Positions 13,025 to 25,375 of a stretch of 64,000 bases of DNA are shown in pieces. Positions within the stretch are counted from its first letter, which is position 1. The number at the start of each line of letters is the position of its first letter. The DNA is from Octopus sinensis (Eukaryota): contig NC_043005.1 of the NCBI RefSeq assembly GCF_006345805.1, positions 10,168,001-10,232,000 on the forward strand, read 5' to 3'. The position numbers and the translations under genes were made by a program. The notes beneath the pieces were generated by a model, which was not told the origin of the DNA, did no database searches, and saw nothing but the letters and a program-made list of their open reading frames with translations.

Positions 13025-13200
13025 ATACATATGTATACATATGAATGGATGGATGGATGGATGGATGGTTGGATGGATGGATGGATGATCGATGGATGGA
13101 TGGATGAATGGTTGGATGGATGGATGGATGGATGATCGATGGATGGATGAATGGTTGGATGAATGGATGGATGATCGATGGATGGATGGATCGATCGATC
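13025..13200. repeat. (GGAT)n/(CGAT)n microsatellite
   Basis: Direct reading. Confidence 0.95.
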
Positions 13201-13204
13201 GATC

Positions 13205-13858
13205 GACAGGGTGCCCGGACTAAATTTGACGATTTTATGTCTCACTTTTCAGGGTCAGCTTGATGTATCGGTGAACAGTCAACAGCGTTGGAGAGCATAA
13301 CGATTTAAAGCTGTAGCTGATAATAGTTAGCTGGCACGTAGGACTGGAAGACAACTAAATATTTGGAAAATAGGTCGTCTGCATCACGATGATTCCTGCC
13401 AGGTATCAAAATGCCGACGCTATGACTGATCTTTAATGCTTTGCGAACACTGTAGAAACTGTAGGACGTGCCACAGACAGATGCAACGGAGATTTTAGAA
13501 CCGTGACCCGGAGGCGTTCGCATGCCGGAGTTCATCCCCACATCTTTAAGCAGGGCCTTTAGCTCAATTCAGACGGTTATGTGAAGATGCCGGAGACCGT
13601 GGTAAATTCCCAGTTAGAGAGGGTCGCCGCTGGAGTGTCATATGTGTGGCAGCGAGATTAGACTACTTGTCATACTTCCAGAAAGAGAATCTCTACGATT
13701 TCATCAACCCCAATTTTTACTCTCCTAACTCCTCCGATTATAATCCCTTTGATTATTATTATTATGTACGGGGCACTGTTGAGAAAGATACCAAGGCTGA
13801 ATTGATAGCCAAGACTAAGGGGTTTTTTCAGGAATCCCCCAGTGACACACTAAGAAAG
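13205..13858 (+). pseudogene. Tc1/mariner-superfamily (maT/DD37D-like) transposase remnant
   Basis: Manual translation with stops and a frameshift: PHIFKQGL*LNSDGYVKMPETVV...VAAGVSYVWQRD*TTCHTSRK / ENLYDFINPNFYSPNSSDYNPFDYY..GTVEKDT (WQQDSAPCH and WPPNSPDxNPLDY motifs); TIR-like start cagggtgcccggactaaa. Confidence 0.8.
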
Positions 13859-14215
13859 GTATGAATGTATGTATGTATGTATGTATGTATGTATGTACGC
13901 ACGTATGTATGTATGTACGTATGTATGTACATATGTATGTATGTACGTATGTATGTATGTATGTACGTATGTATGTATGTATGTATGTATGTATGTATGT
14001 ATGTATGTATGTATGTATGTATGTATGTATGTATGTATGTATGTATGTATGTATGTATGTATGTATGTATGTATGTACGTATGTATGTATGTATGTATAT
14101 GTATGTATGTATGTACGTATGTATGTATGTATGTATGTATGTATGTATGTATGTACGTATGTATGTATGTACGTATGTATGTATGTATGTATGTATGTAT
14201 GTATGTATGTATGCA
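13859..14215. repeat. (TATG)n microsatellite truncating the transposase remnant
   Basis: Direct reading; source of the YVCM/HTYI ORFs. Confidence 0.98.
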
Positions 14216-14928
14216 TGCATGCATGCATGTGTGTGTATGTGTGTGAATGGATGGATGGGTGGATGGATGTTGGGAGAAAGTGAGATACTGAGTGGATGGG
14301 TACTTTATTCTGTGTCTGCATCTCCAGCTAATTGAATAAGACTTAGCATAATGATCGATGTTCCATTTGGATTTTTGATAACGTCAAATGTTAACAAACC
14401 CAGAATTTCTCTCTCTTCTTTCACATTGCTGTTGATATACAAGATGAACATGTGAAATAAAATCAACCTCCCCAGTCACGACCTTACAAGAATTTGTCCC
14501 CATTCTTTCCTCCTCTGTCTTATTTATTAAAGAAAAGTACAAAAGTAGAATACATGATGTAACTTAATTTGTGAGAACTAACGTTCTATCTAGATTCTTC
14601 AAACAGATTTGAGTAATTAATTAATTTTCGTTGGGTAATGATTTTCTTCAACGCATAACAGGAAGCTGAAAGTTCTCACCCATTGGTGGATAGATTTCTT
14701 TCGATAACTATCATAACTAATACACAAGTGCAAAACAAAACTTTGCACTGCGCCCATGATTGAAATTTAATATAGTACATTACTTTAATTTGCTGACAGA
14801 GAGAGAAAAACAGCAACAATCACTTGTCCTTGAGTTTTGTTCAGAATGTAATGTCACACCCGAGCTGTGTATGGAAGACCCGAATATCAATTCCAAACAT
14901 TTGTAATACAATAATATTTAGTTTATAG

Positions 14929-15560
14929 AGTGGCGAGCTGGCAGAACCGTTAGCACACTGAGCGAAATGCTTAGCGGTATTTCGTCTGACGTTATGTTCT
15001 GAGTTCAAATTCCGCCGAGGTCGACTTTGCCATTCATCTTTTCAGGGTCGATAAATTGAGTACCAGTTATGCACTGGGGCCGATGTAATCGATTTAATGT
15101 CCTTGTTTGCCCCCCCCCTCCTATGTTTAGCTCCTTGTGGGAAATAAAGAAATAAGAATCGTTAGCACACTGGGCGAAATGCTTAGCAGTATTTCGTCTG
15201 CCGCTACGTTCCGAGTACAAATTCCGCTGAGTTCGACTTTACCTTTCATCTTTTCGGGGTCGATTAAATAAGTGCCAGTTATGCACTAGAGTCGATATAA
15301 TTACTTAATCCGTTTGTCTGTCCTTGTTTGTCCCCTCTGTGTTTAGCCCCTTGTGGGTATTAAAGAAATAGGTATTTCGTCTGCCATTACATTCTGAGTT
15401 CAAATTCCGCCGAGGTGGACTTTATCTTTCATCCTTTCTGGGTCGATTAAATAAGTACCAGTGAAACACTGGAGTCGATGTAATCGACTTAATCCGTCCC
15501 TTTGTCTGTCCTTGTTTGTCTCCTCTAAGTTTAGCCCCCTGTTGGCAATAGAAAAAAAAT
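14929..15560 (+). mobile_element. Head-to-tail trimer of SINE-D
   Basis: Three consecutive bodies; junctions aaagaaataAGAAtcgttagc (about 15155) and aaagaaataGGTATTtcgtctg (15371-15376). Confidence 0.85.
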
Positions 15561-15908
15561 AATATTTATTTAAATTATAATATTTATTTAAAATAGCAGA
15601 AGGTCTGATGTTTAAAATTAGCGTCTAGCAGTAAAGCTTTATCATGTTTATGAGAAACATTTCCACAGAATAAAATGCAATCTAGTGCTGTTCATGCCGC
15701 TCCTAAAACATTATTGTTTGATAATCCTTTATCCAAATTTTTTCAGGCTCCAAAATGATTGCATTTTTAAAACAGGACGGTATTGGGATGGGACCCTGGC
15801 CTAAATATTTCTATTATTACACAGCCTGTGCTGTGGTGGTAATTGTATCCAAAAGCTATATGCTGTACAATTAACTTTTAAAATTTTATAATAAATTTTA
15901 TGCGTATA

Positions 15909-16313
15909 GGCGCAGCAGTGGCTGTGTGGTAAGTAGCTTGCTAACCGACCACATGGTTCCGGGTTCAGTCCCACTGCGTGGCATATTGGGCAAGTGTCTT
16001 CTGCTATAGCCCCGGGCCGACCAATGCCTTGTAAGTGGATTTGGTAGACGGAAACTGAAAGAAGCCTGTCGTATATATGTATATATATATATGTGTGTGT
16101 GTGTATGTTTGTCCCCCTAGCATTGCTTGACAACCGATGCTGGTATGTTTACGTCCCCGTCACTTAGTGGTTCGGCAAAATAGACCGATAGAATAAGTAC
16201 TGGGCTTACAAAGAATAAGTCCCGGGGTCGATTTGCTCGACTAAAGGCGGTGCTCCAGCTTGGCCGCAGTCAAATGACTGAAACAAGTAAAAGAGTAAAA
16301 GAGAGTAAAGAGT
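15909..16313 (+). mobile_element. SINE-A, full length
   Basis: ggcgcagcagtggctgtgtggtaag...tail aagtaaaagagtaaaagagagtaaagagta. Confidence 0.93.
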
Positions 16314-16499
16314 ATTTGTGTATATTCGTGTACATAAGTGCTCACACACTCAAACATGCGCGCTCGCACGCAGAGATAAGGACACAAACCAAATTTGAAT
16401 GATCTTTCAAGTCACATGCGGATCATTAACACTGGTTTATATCTTAACAGTCTCTTTTTAATTTTATATTCTGCCAAAATATTTTGATCTGTGATAAAC

Positions 16500-16790
16500 G
16501 CACGATGTTGAAGTCCTTCAATGAGTTCACGATTCCACTCCATCAACACTCAATGAACATCCTGTTTGCTGTATTCAAAATTTTTCCTATTTTTCATAAA
16601 CAGCCCTTCATCATTGTCCTCAAAGAAAAAATCATCAGTTTGTCTTTGCTAAGTTTACATATAAACGTTGTTCCAACACCAAACTCCTCAATTAGACGTT
16701 TTTGAATCCACTGCTGTAAAGTTTTTCCGACGACATGATTTTTAAATGGTCGATGTTTCATCATTTTATATTTTATATTTTTTTGCACTA
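16500..16790 (-). pseudogene. Tigger/pogo (TIGD/Tigger7-like) transposase N-terminal remnant
   Basis: KRLIEEFGVGTTFICKLSKDKLM then frameshift EDNDEGLFMKNRKNFEYSKQDVH*VLMEW resembles the CENP-B-type HTH region of Tigger-family transposases. Confidence 0.7.
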
Positions 16791-17139
16791 TTACTTCAGG
16801 AGATATCTACAGGCTATTTCGAAAGAGTTCTGCGCAAATCATGTGCTGAGCTTTTCACATGCGCTGGTATGGCTGTGATAGCTATTGACAATAAACTGGC
16901 GGTGATTTGATTGAGCTTGACTGGGTTAAGCAAGTATACAAATGAAAAATGTGGTAGCATTCCCAACAGCTGCCAATCCGACGCAGGACACGCAGCAACT
17001 GAGTATGACCCGCTGAGTATCATCTTCTGAACGTGTTCTAGAACTTTTCATTTGTGGCGTTTCTCTCATTCGAAAACTTTCGGAATCGGGAATTTTGGAT
17101 ATCAACTTGTATTGACATATTTGTAGTGAAATGATTATA

Positions 17140-17295
17140 TTATTAATAAATCTCTGAGCGAGGTATAGACAGTAGCTGCACGACATCGGGAAGTATATTT
17201 GCCACTTAAATGTGGATAACCCCTAAGGGTGGATGCTACTGTAACTTGTAGCCCCAGGGGTTAGCCACATTTAAGTGGCAGGTATACTTCACGAT
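17140..17295. repeat. Rearranged foldback of a dispersed repeat (family X)
   Basis: gaagtatatttgccacttaaatgtggataacccct ... ggggttagccacatttaagtggcaggtatacttc inverted pair; related pieces at 21570-21750 and 52528-52625. Confidence 0.75.
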
Positions 17296-17389
17296 TATAT
17301 TACTATTATTGTAATATTAGCTTGTATCACAAATTCAGATTACTGACTCTCCCCCTATTATTCTCTTCCTAATATAATATAAGTTTCCA

Positions 17390-17505
17390 ATTTATACACA
17401 AGGCCAGTAATTTCGGAGTAGGGGTTAAGTCGATTACATCGACTCTACCGTTGAACTGGTACTTTTTTTTCTGGCGCAGTAACGATTCTGCCAGCTCACC
17501 GCCTT
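17390..17505 (-). mobile_element. SINE-D2, internally deleted
   Basis: cacaaggccagtaatttcgg...aagtcgattacatcgac...ttctgccagctcaccgcctt. Confidence 0.7.
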
Positions 17506-18339
17506 CTTCATAATGTAATGTTAATATCGTTTCACCTCGATTTTATTTATACCAAGTGATGACTTATACATGGAGTCACAAAGTGATCAGACGCATTATA
17601 AGTGCTATAAATTACAAATAAAATGTCTCTGTATTTTTAGAGAGGAAAGTTAATAGACGATATTCATACCTTTTCCAATGTCCTTCTTTTTTTTAAAAAT
17701 GTGCGATTTGAGGGAGATTAGGCAGCTATTCTACCAAAGTGAGCACAGTCACGCAGAGGCCATATCACTGGTTTAGAAATAGGAGGCTTCGGGAACTGAG
17801 CATCATTTGCAGATGAGTATAACATTTTCCCGTTGATTGCATTGCAGTAACAAAAGTGCTACACAAAATGAAGTTCCCATTAATGTCATATAGTTTGAAG
17901 GGAGGAGTGAGAGATGTTTTTAACGTTCATATCTTTCGCACGAGAGATAGTGTATAATTAGTATTGTAAGGGAAATGAAAGAGTTTCAACTTAATATTGA
18001 AGCAGATTCGGAATCTTAGATTACCGTAACCGTATCTCGGTTTTAAGTAATATTGATCCTTTAATTAAATGCGACATCAACTTACATTTCATGAAGATAT
18101 GAGTTGTGTATATTTATTTAATGCTCCATCTTCACACTATCATACATTTCCTGTCACGGATACTTAGAAAAAAAAAGTGAAAGTTGACGTAGAAAGGTCT
18201 TTAATTGATAATTTGGAAAGATTAAATCAAATAAATAGTTTTGATTTTGACATTTCAATGTCACATTTACTACTAAACGTGCAATGACTATCGAACGTAG
18301 GTAAACAAATTGAGCTTCGAGTTATTTTCTTTTACACCA

Positions 18340-18490
18340 GGTGTGGCTGTGTAGTAAGAAGCTTGCTTCTCAACAAAATGGTTCCGGGTTGAGCACCTTG
18401 GCCAAGTGTCTTCTACTATAGGCTCGGGCTGACCAAATCCTTGTGAGTGAATTTGGTAGACGAAAACTGAAAGAAGCCCGTCGTATATAT
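18340..18490 (+). mobile_element. SINE-A, 5' half only
   Basis: gtggctgtgtagtaagaagcttgc...gaaagaagcccgtcgtatatatg; ends at the internal microsatellite. Confidence 0.8.
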
Positions 18491-19424
18491 GTAAAAAGAT
18501 TGTCAAGGAAGAGAAGTTCAAAATTCGATATCGTTAATGTTTGAGAAAAAATGATAATTCAACCAGTTATATAAAAAATATTCATAAATCTAAAGTTGAG
18601 TTCGAACTCTTGAACTGGCAGTGGCGAGTTGCTTCAGCGGAAGTGAGCCATTTCCTTAGTCATTCGACCAACTTCAAACCAGGAGCAGAAACAAATAATC
18701 TCTCAAAACAGAATGATTTCTTTTTTTTTTTTTTGTTCATAGGGTTTTCAGACAAAGTTGACTCGGGACAAAAACAACAGTAGCACCAGCGGGAAAAAAA
18801 TTACTGCTGGTAACGAATCCACCTAAAAGTTTCAGATAAATGGCTTATTTTTCACTAAATATTATCAAATTCCAAGGTCAACGACTTGGTGGAAACGTAG
18901 AACGTCAGTGTAAATTCTTTGAAAGATATTTTCTTTTTTTCCTCGGTTTTTGAGTTACAATGCTATTATATTTCACTGCATCTTTCCTCCATCTGGAGTT
19001 AGTATAATATAACCATTCTGTCTTTTTATTTAAGGCATGGCATATATATGTGCTTACTTTTTCAAAACAGTAAATTGTGATTTATGGCTCTCGTAATACA
19101 TACACAGTTTGATTCAAATTCCTTACAAGTCTTTATGTATTAATGCACGCGCGCTTTTACAAGCACATACATACTCACACAAACACACATATTGTTACAA
19201 AATTTATATATAATTTCAATTTGCTATAGTACTGTGAATAAGATTTGAGATGGCACTTGAAGACTCAGTCAACACGAACTTTATGATACATATGATTCTT
19301 CACTCAGTTTTGAGGCTTTTTTTTTTTATATATATCTAGTTTCAGCACACGAGCTGTGGCCATGCTGGGGCACCGCCATTGTTAATGTTTCGTTATTATT
19401 TTTCACATCGCTTTAAAATAACCT

Positions 19425-19637
19425 TTTTTACTATAGGCACAAGACCTGAAATTTGTGGGGAGGGGTTAAGTCGATTACATCGACCCAAGTACTTCACTGG
19501 TATTTAAATTATCGAACACAAAATGATGAAAGGCAAAGTCAATCTCGGTGGAATTTGAACTCAGAACATAAACACGGACGAAATACCTCTAAGCATTTTG
19601 CCTGGCGTGCTGACGATTCCGCCAGCTCACCGCCTTA
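19425..19637 (-). mobile_element. SINE-D2, near full length
   Basis: ggcacaagacctgaaatttg...gtcgattacatcgacc...ggaatttgaactcagaac...gccagctcaccgcctt. Confidence 0.8.
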
Positions 19638-19655
19638 AATCGCTTTAGAAATAAT

Positions 19656-20480
19656 CCTTTCTGCGGTTGGCATAACGCCTGACATTTTGGAGGTAGGGGA
19701 CTAGTTGATTACATCGACTCCAGTGTTTCACTGGTACTTAATTTATTGGCCCAGAAACAATGAAAGGCAAAGTCGACCTCGGCGGAATTTGAACTCAGAA
19801 CGTAGCGGCAGACGAAATACCTATTTCTTCACTACCCACAATGGGCTAAACACAGAAGGGACAAACATGGACAGATAAACGGATTAAGTCGATTATATTG
19901 ACCCCAGTGAGCAACTGGTACTTATTTAATCGACCCTGAAAGGAAGAAAGACAAAGTCGATCTCGGCGGAATACCTATTTCTTTACTACCCACAAGGGGC
20001 TAAACACAGAGGACAAACAAGGACAGACAAACGAATTAAGTCGATTATATCGGCTCCAGTGCGTAACTGGTACTTATTTAATCGACCCCGAAAGGATAAA
20101 AGGCAAAGTCGATCTCGGCGGAATACCTATTTCTTTACTACCCACAAGGGGCTAAACACAGAGGACAAACAAGGACAGACAAACGGATTAAGTCGATTAT
20201 ATCGATTCCAGTGCGTAACTGGTACTTATTTAATCGACCCCGAAAGGATAAAAGGCAAAGTCGATCTCGGCGGAATACCTATTTCTTTACTACCCACAAG
20301 GGGCTAAACACAGAGGACAAACAAGGACAGACAAACGGATTAAGTCGATTATATCGACTCCAGTGCGTAACTGGTACTTATTTAATCGACCCAGAAAGGA
20401 TGAAAGGCAAAGTCGATCTCGGCGGAATACCGCTAAGCATTTCGCCGGGCGTGCTAACGTTTCTGCCAGCTCGCCGCCTT
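19656..20480 (-). repeat. SINE-D tandem array (about 4 x 152-bp units) ending in a D2-type copy
   Basis: Junction motif aatacc at 19816, 19970, 20122, 20274 and 20426 (spacing 154, 152, 152, 152); the duplicate ORFs at 20059 and 20211 are 152 bp apart. Confidence 0.92.
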
Positions 20481-20899
20481 AAATCACTTTTAAAATAATA
20501 AACTCAGTTTAATACTCTGCTGTAAATATTTTTTGATGAATACAGTATATATTGTTTTTAACTCAAGTCGCTTTGAGAAGCTTGTCTGAGACAAAACATA
20601 ACAGCTGGTGCTGTTCTTTCCGAGTCTGTACACATGTTATAATCATAAATACACACATATATTCTAGTTTAATGTTTGACTGTTTTAAGTGCATAATACT
20701 GCTATCAAAAGAGAATAGCCATTTTCCAAAACAATTACTCAACATAACGAATCAATCGTACAAGTCTAAAGGAAATAAATCAGAAGAAATAGAAAGAAAT
20801 ACTACAAATCGCGTCACTATGCACAGAACATTCAAGTGATTTAGAGCTTGAGGCTCAGCTAAAGATCTGCTTAGTTTTAAAAGGCTAAAGCTTCGGTGA

Positions 20900-21200
20900 A
20901 ATACAACCACCTGCTACCATTCATTTTCAATAAAAAGACGTCTGTTTCATGCTCTTGAAAATGTTTTAGAAACAGATATGCAAAAAAAAAATATATATTC
21001 TTGGACATTATTCTGTAGAAAGATGGTGCACCTCTACATAGAGTATCATTACACGGCAATTCTTTAATGCAAAATTTCCCAAATATTGGTAGAGATAGAC
21101 CTGGCTTTTGGTTATCTAAACGATCAGGTCTCACTCGGTTGGATATATTTTTGAAGGTGCAGGTCTATCTGAGTGATCAGGTTTACAGGACTGCAATCAT
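20900..21200 (+). pseudogene. Tc1/mariner-superfamily transposase catalytic remnant
   Basis: IIL*KDGAPLH...RQFFNAKFPKYW...WLSKRSGLTRLDIFLKVQVY matches the QQDGAPxH / WPPRSPDLTPLDFFLWG motifs across frameshifts. Confidence 0.65.
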
Positions 21201-21569
21201 AGTCTTTGACTATGTAAGGTGAAGAACTGAAAATGTGAAAACTCGAAGCACAACGTTTTGATGGCTTCCACTGAAAAAAAAAAGGTGTGTTGTATATTGA
21301 GCATGGTGATGGGCATTTTAAATACTTGACTAAAAGAATAAACATTGAAAAATTAGAAGAAACACTGGCTTTTATTTAGGACATTTATTCATAGTCGGGT
21401 TAAACAGCATTAAGATGTTAGAGGACTTTTGAATTGTCCGATACATATATACTATGGACCCCTCGTGTTCAATGTGTGTTTGTTCACTGATTCGCTGTGG
21501 TATAACGCTTGGAGAAGGAATCGAATCACCAGTCAAGGATTAAACATAAATAGTATAAGAATTGTGAGG

Positions 21570-21750
21570 TATACTTGTCATCTCAATATGGCTAACCACT
21601 AAGGGTGGGTGTTACTGTAGCTTGTAGCCCCAGGAGAACATCGTCTCCAGCTGGCTTTAGGCACACTTTCTGTGCTCTTTTGGTATTTGCAAAGGGAGTT
21701 CATACTCCCCTCGTCAAGATTATACCTCGTTCAGAGATTTATTATTGCTA
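21570..21750 (+). repeat. Dispersed repeat family X
   Basis: catctcaatatggctaaccactaagggtgggtgttactgtagc (shared with Helitron H1) ... tatacctcgttcagagatttattattgc. Confidence 0.6.
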
Positions 21751-23368
21751 GTATAAGAATTATTTGCTGGTATTCCACAGCGATGCATACCTAAGATTCG
21801 TCCCCAGTTCGATTCAGCTACGTGATGGTGATATGCCACAAAAATGGCGAAATATCGGTATCCATCTCTCCTACATTCGATCGGAGGCGAGTTGTTTCGC
21901 CTGTCTATGGCCTGCAGGAGTTTTCACCAAATCACTTGAAAGAATTCCTGTAGCATCAAAGATATTCCTTGAATCATTTTATGTGACCCGATACCTATTA
22001 TTGTAAAGTCTGGTTAATTTTTCTGAGCTGACAATCCTACTTTCATTTTCTCCTGTTCTAGATTTTACGATTGCTTACGTCACCACGTCCTCATTTTGGG
22101 ATGGGATCCGAGTGTACCATATCTGATTACTTAACAAAATAATTTTGCTTACAAAATATCATTTTCGACAACTGGGGGTTAAAGAATAAAAACACATACA
22201 CAAACACACCAGTAATCGTTCGACCTCCTTAGAAAATAGAAACCAAATAACGCTCACCACACCCTGCCTTCTTAACCACAACGCAGCATAATGTGGCTCT
22301 GTTACATTTTTCTTTTCCCAAGGCCCTTTTACACATACTCACACATACATACACATATGCATATATATTCGCACGTATGGGCGTATATCGTTTATATTTG
22401 TTTTCTGATAATTCGAGTTCGAAACCGTAAGTGAAACATATTTCTTATCATTTGCGATGGTCATAGTGCTAAGAAATACAGACACTGTTCATCGCTCACT
22501 TCACCTTCACTGTTAACTAATTTGTCATGATTTTTTCATCAAACTATTGTAAAGTTTTCAATGATTTCAAATTTTCTAATTGATTTTCTTTTCTAAATTA
22601 TGTTGTCAAGTGCCATCCATGTGATGTCAAAAATATAAATATATTATTTGCTACTGATTTGTTTTCATTGTGACTCTTACTGTTTTAAATTTCGTTGGAT
22701 TTTTTGTTTTTGCTTTTTGTTTGTTCCGAAATTAGAATTTGTACATGTCGATGTGTATAGTCTATAGGCAGTGTCCGTATAAGTGGCTGTAATAATGTTG
22801 CTACGCGACTCATTCTACTTTCGAGGATGTGGTTGAGCCCACAATCTGCTTCCAATGTGTCTACCTCTTCTCGTAGAAGTGGAATTTTCTCGGTTGCGTA
22901 AGAAGAATCTATATTTCAACCACTAGCGTAGCTAGTATGTGTCATCCGGGATGGTCCTTCAGTTAGCTGGACCCTCACAAAAAAAAATGCATATTGCCTA
23001 CAGCAGACCCAAAAGTGGTTCCACCCCATAAAAGTATGCCCAGGGCGGACGGTCGCCTCCTCCCTTCTCTAACTACACTAGTGATTACATCATAGTTTAA
23101 AAGTCCATTGTGTTTCTGTATAGCATATTGGTAGAGCATGAATGGCTGGTTCCTCACATTATATTGCAGCTCGTGTTCTCCAACCGTCTCATCTATGCTG
23201 CGGAGCGTTTACCCAACACAGATTACGCAAACGGCTCTACACTGCTTCCATACACATTATATAGTACGTTATTCCTAGTCTGCAGTCTACTGGTGGGCTG
23301 CTTGCACACATTCTGCATTTGTTGTCAGTGTACGGGGTTATCCTAAACTGGTATTATACACTTTTAGT

Positions 23369-23743
23369 GGAGGCACAATGGCCCAGTGGTTAGGGCAGCG
23401 GACTCGCGGTCATAGGTTTCGATTCCCAGACCGGGCGTTGTGAGTGCTTATTGAGCGAAAACACCTAAAGCTCCACGAGGCTCCGGCAGGGGATGGTGGT
23501 GATCCCTGCTGTACTCTTTCACCACAACTTTCTCTCACTCTTAATTCCTGTTTCTGTTGTACCTGTATTTCAAAGGGCCGGCCTTGTCACTCTCTTTGTC
23601 ACGCTGAATATCCCCGAGAACTACGTTAAGGGTACACGTGTCTGTGGAGTGCTCAGCCACTTGCACGTTAATTTCACGAGCAGGCTGTTCCGTTGATTCG
23701 GATCAACCGGAACCCTCATCGTCGTAACCGACGGAGTGCTTCC
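23369..23743 (+). mobile_element. SINE-B, full length
   Basis: ggaggcacaatggcccagtggttaggg...gacggagtgcttcc; TSD cactttt(t)agtg on both sides. Confidence 0.92.
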
Positions 23744-24337
23744 ATTCCATATTCACTTTTAGTGATTTATATTTGTTTTATTTTTTTCTCTATTATTTTG
23801 GTTTTGTTAAATTACTTTCATGTATATTTCTAAATCTAAATTTACGTGAAAGTTCATTTCTGACGGTAACACCAATGAACCACGGACCTTCGCATATGTT
23901 TTTGTTATACTATAAGCTTTCGTTGTTTTGATCCCTTCTTTTTCTTTCTCGCCTCATCCAGAAGTTGTCCCAGAGCATGAGACACGCTTAATTTATATCA
24001 TTGCAGATGGATTTTGAACATTGCTTTAGCGCCTTACTTGTATCGGGAAAAGCTTGTGGTTAATGAAATACTATACGTGCTTTCTTCACACGATGAACAC
24101 GTCTCTTATCACTTTTATTAGATCTACTATCAGAATGTTATCAATACGACAAAACTCCGGACGAATGGGTGCTTTAATGTCCGCAGGTTCCGCATAATAG
24201 GAGAGGAAAAGTTGTTTCTCAACGCCTATTAATTCTGGTTATAGTTTGGTATCCAGAAAAAGAAGTCTTTTTCTGAAAAGAGACAGGCAGTGGAAAATAT
24301 CTTCAGATTGCTTTACTGGAGAATATTATAAGGGTAT

Positions 24338-24800
24338 TATGTATGTATGTATGTATGTATGTATGTATGTATGTATGTATGTATGTATGTATGTATGTAT
24401 GTATGTATGTATGTATGTATGTGTGTGTGTATGCATGTATGTACGTATGTATGTATGTATGTATGTATGTGTGTATGTATGCATGTGTGTATGTATGTGT
24501 GTATGTATGCATGTGTGTATGTATGTATGTATGTATGTATGTATGTATGTATGTATGTGTGTGTGTATATGTGTGTGTGTATGTATGTATGTATGTGTGT
24601 ATGTATGTATGTATGTGTGTGTGTATGTATGTATGTATGTATGTATGTATGTATGTATGTATGTATGTATGTGTGTGTGTATATGTGTGTATGTATGTAT
24701 GTATGTATGTATGTGTGTATGTATGCATGTGTGTATGTATGTGTGTATGTATGCATGCATGTATGTATGTATGTATGTATGTATGTATGTATGTATTATG
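24338..24800. repeat. (TATG)/(TG)n compound microsatellite
   Basis: Direct reading; source of the ORFs at 24246-24946. Confidence 0.98.
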
Positions 24801-24979
24801 CAGGTGCAAGCATGTTTCATTTTGCATGTATATAGAGAGATATTGATAGATCGATAGATAGATAGATAGATTAGATAGATAGATAGATAGATGTTACTAT
24901 ATATGCATACATATTTTGTGTATTGTATGTGTGTGTGCATATACATATATATATGTATATATGTATCTCTCTCTCTCTG

Positions 24980-25045
<66 letters not shown>

Positions 25046-25242
25046 AAAATTAAAAAAACAATAAATGAACAATTGCAAATTCAATTCAGTTTAAATATTT
25101 TATACAAACAAATGACACATCTCATAAATTACACCTAGCTAAACTTATACACACGCACACACACATATAATGAGTCAGCCCATAATTAATGCGGTTTTTT
25201 TTATACTTTTCATTTTTCAAAATTAAGATAAACGAAAACATT

Positions 25243-25375
25243 TCTATATTTAAGAGATGAGGAATTGCGCACATTATTTACACTATTTATATTATTCATA
25301 TTTGACGGATATTTGTCCTCATCTTGTTTGTTGTTAATGCAACGTTTCGGCTGATATACTCTGCAGCCTTCACCA
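25243..25375 (-). mobile_element. 3' fragment of the HHR-carrying element family (see 54259-54500); ribozyme core decayed
   Basis: Minus strand ttggtgaaggctgcagagtatatcagccgaaacgttgcattaacaacaaacaagatgaggacaaatatccgtcaaat; the CUGAUGA core is lost. Confidence 0.8.

Noticed and set aside
13815-14335. Long ORFs (120-280 aa) here and at 24.2-24.9, 27.7-28.1, 36.0-36.5, 50.2-51.1, 56.1-56.8 and 60.0-60.4 kb
   Set aside because: Translations of (TATG)n, (TA)n and (TG)n microsatellites; low complexity with no domain content.
19816-20431. Regular 152-bp repeats resembling a CRISPR or minisatellite array
   Set aside because: Units are near-identical SINE bodies without unique spacers; eukaryotic context with no cas genes.
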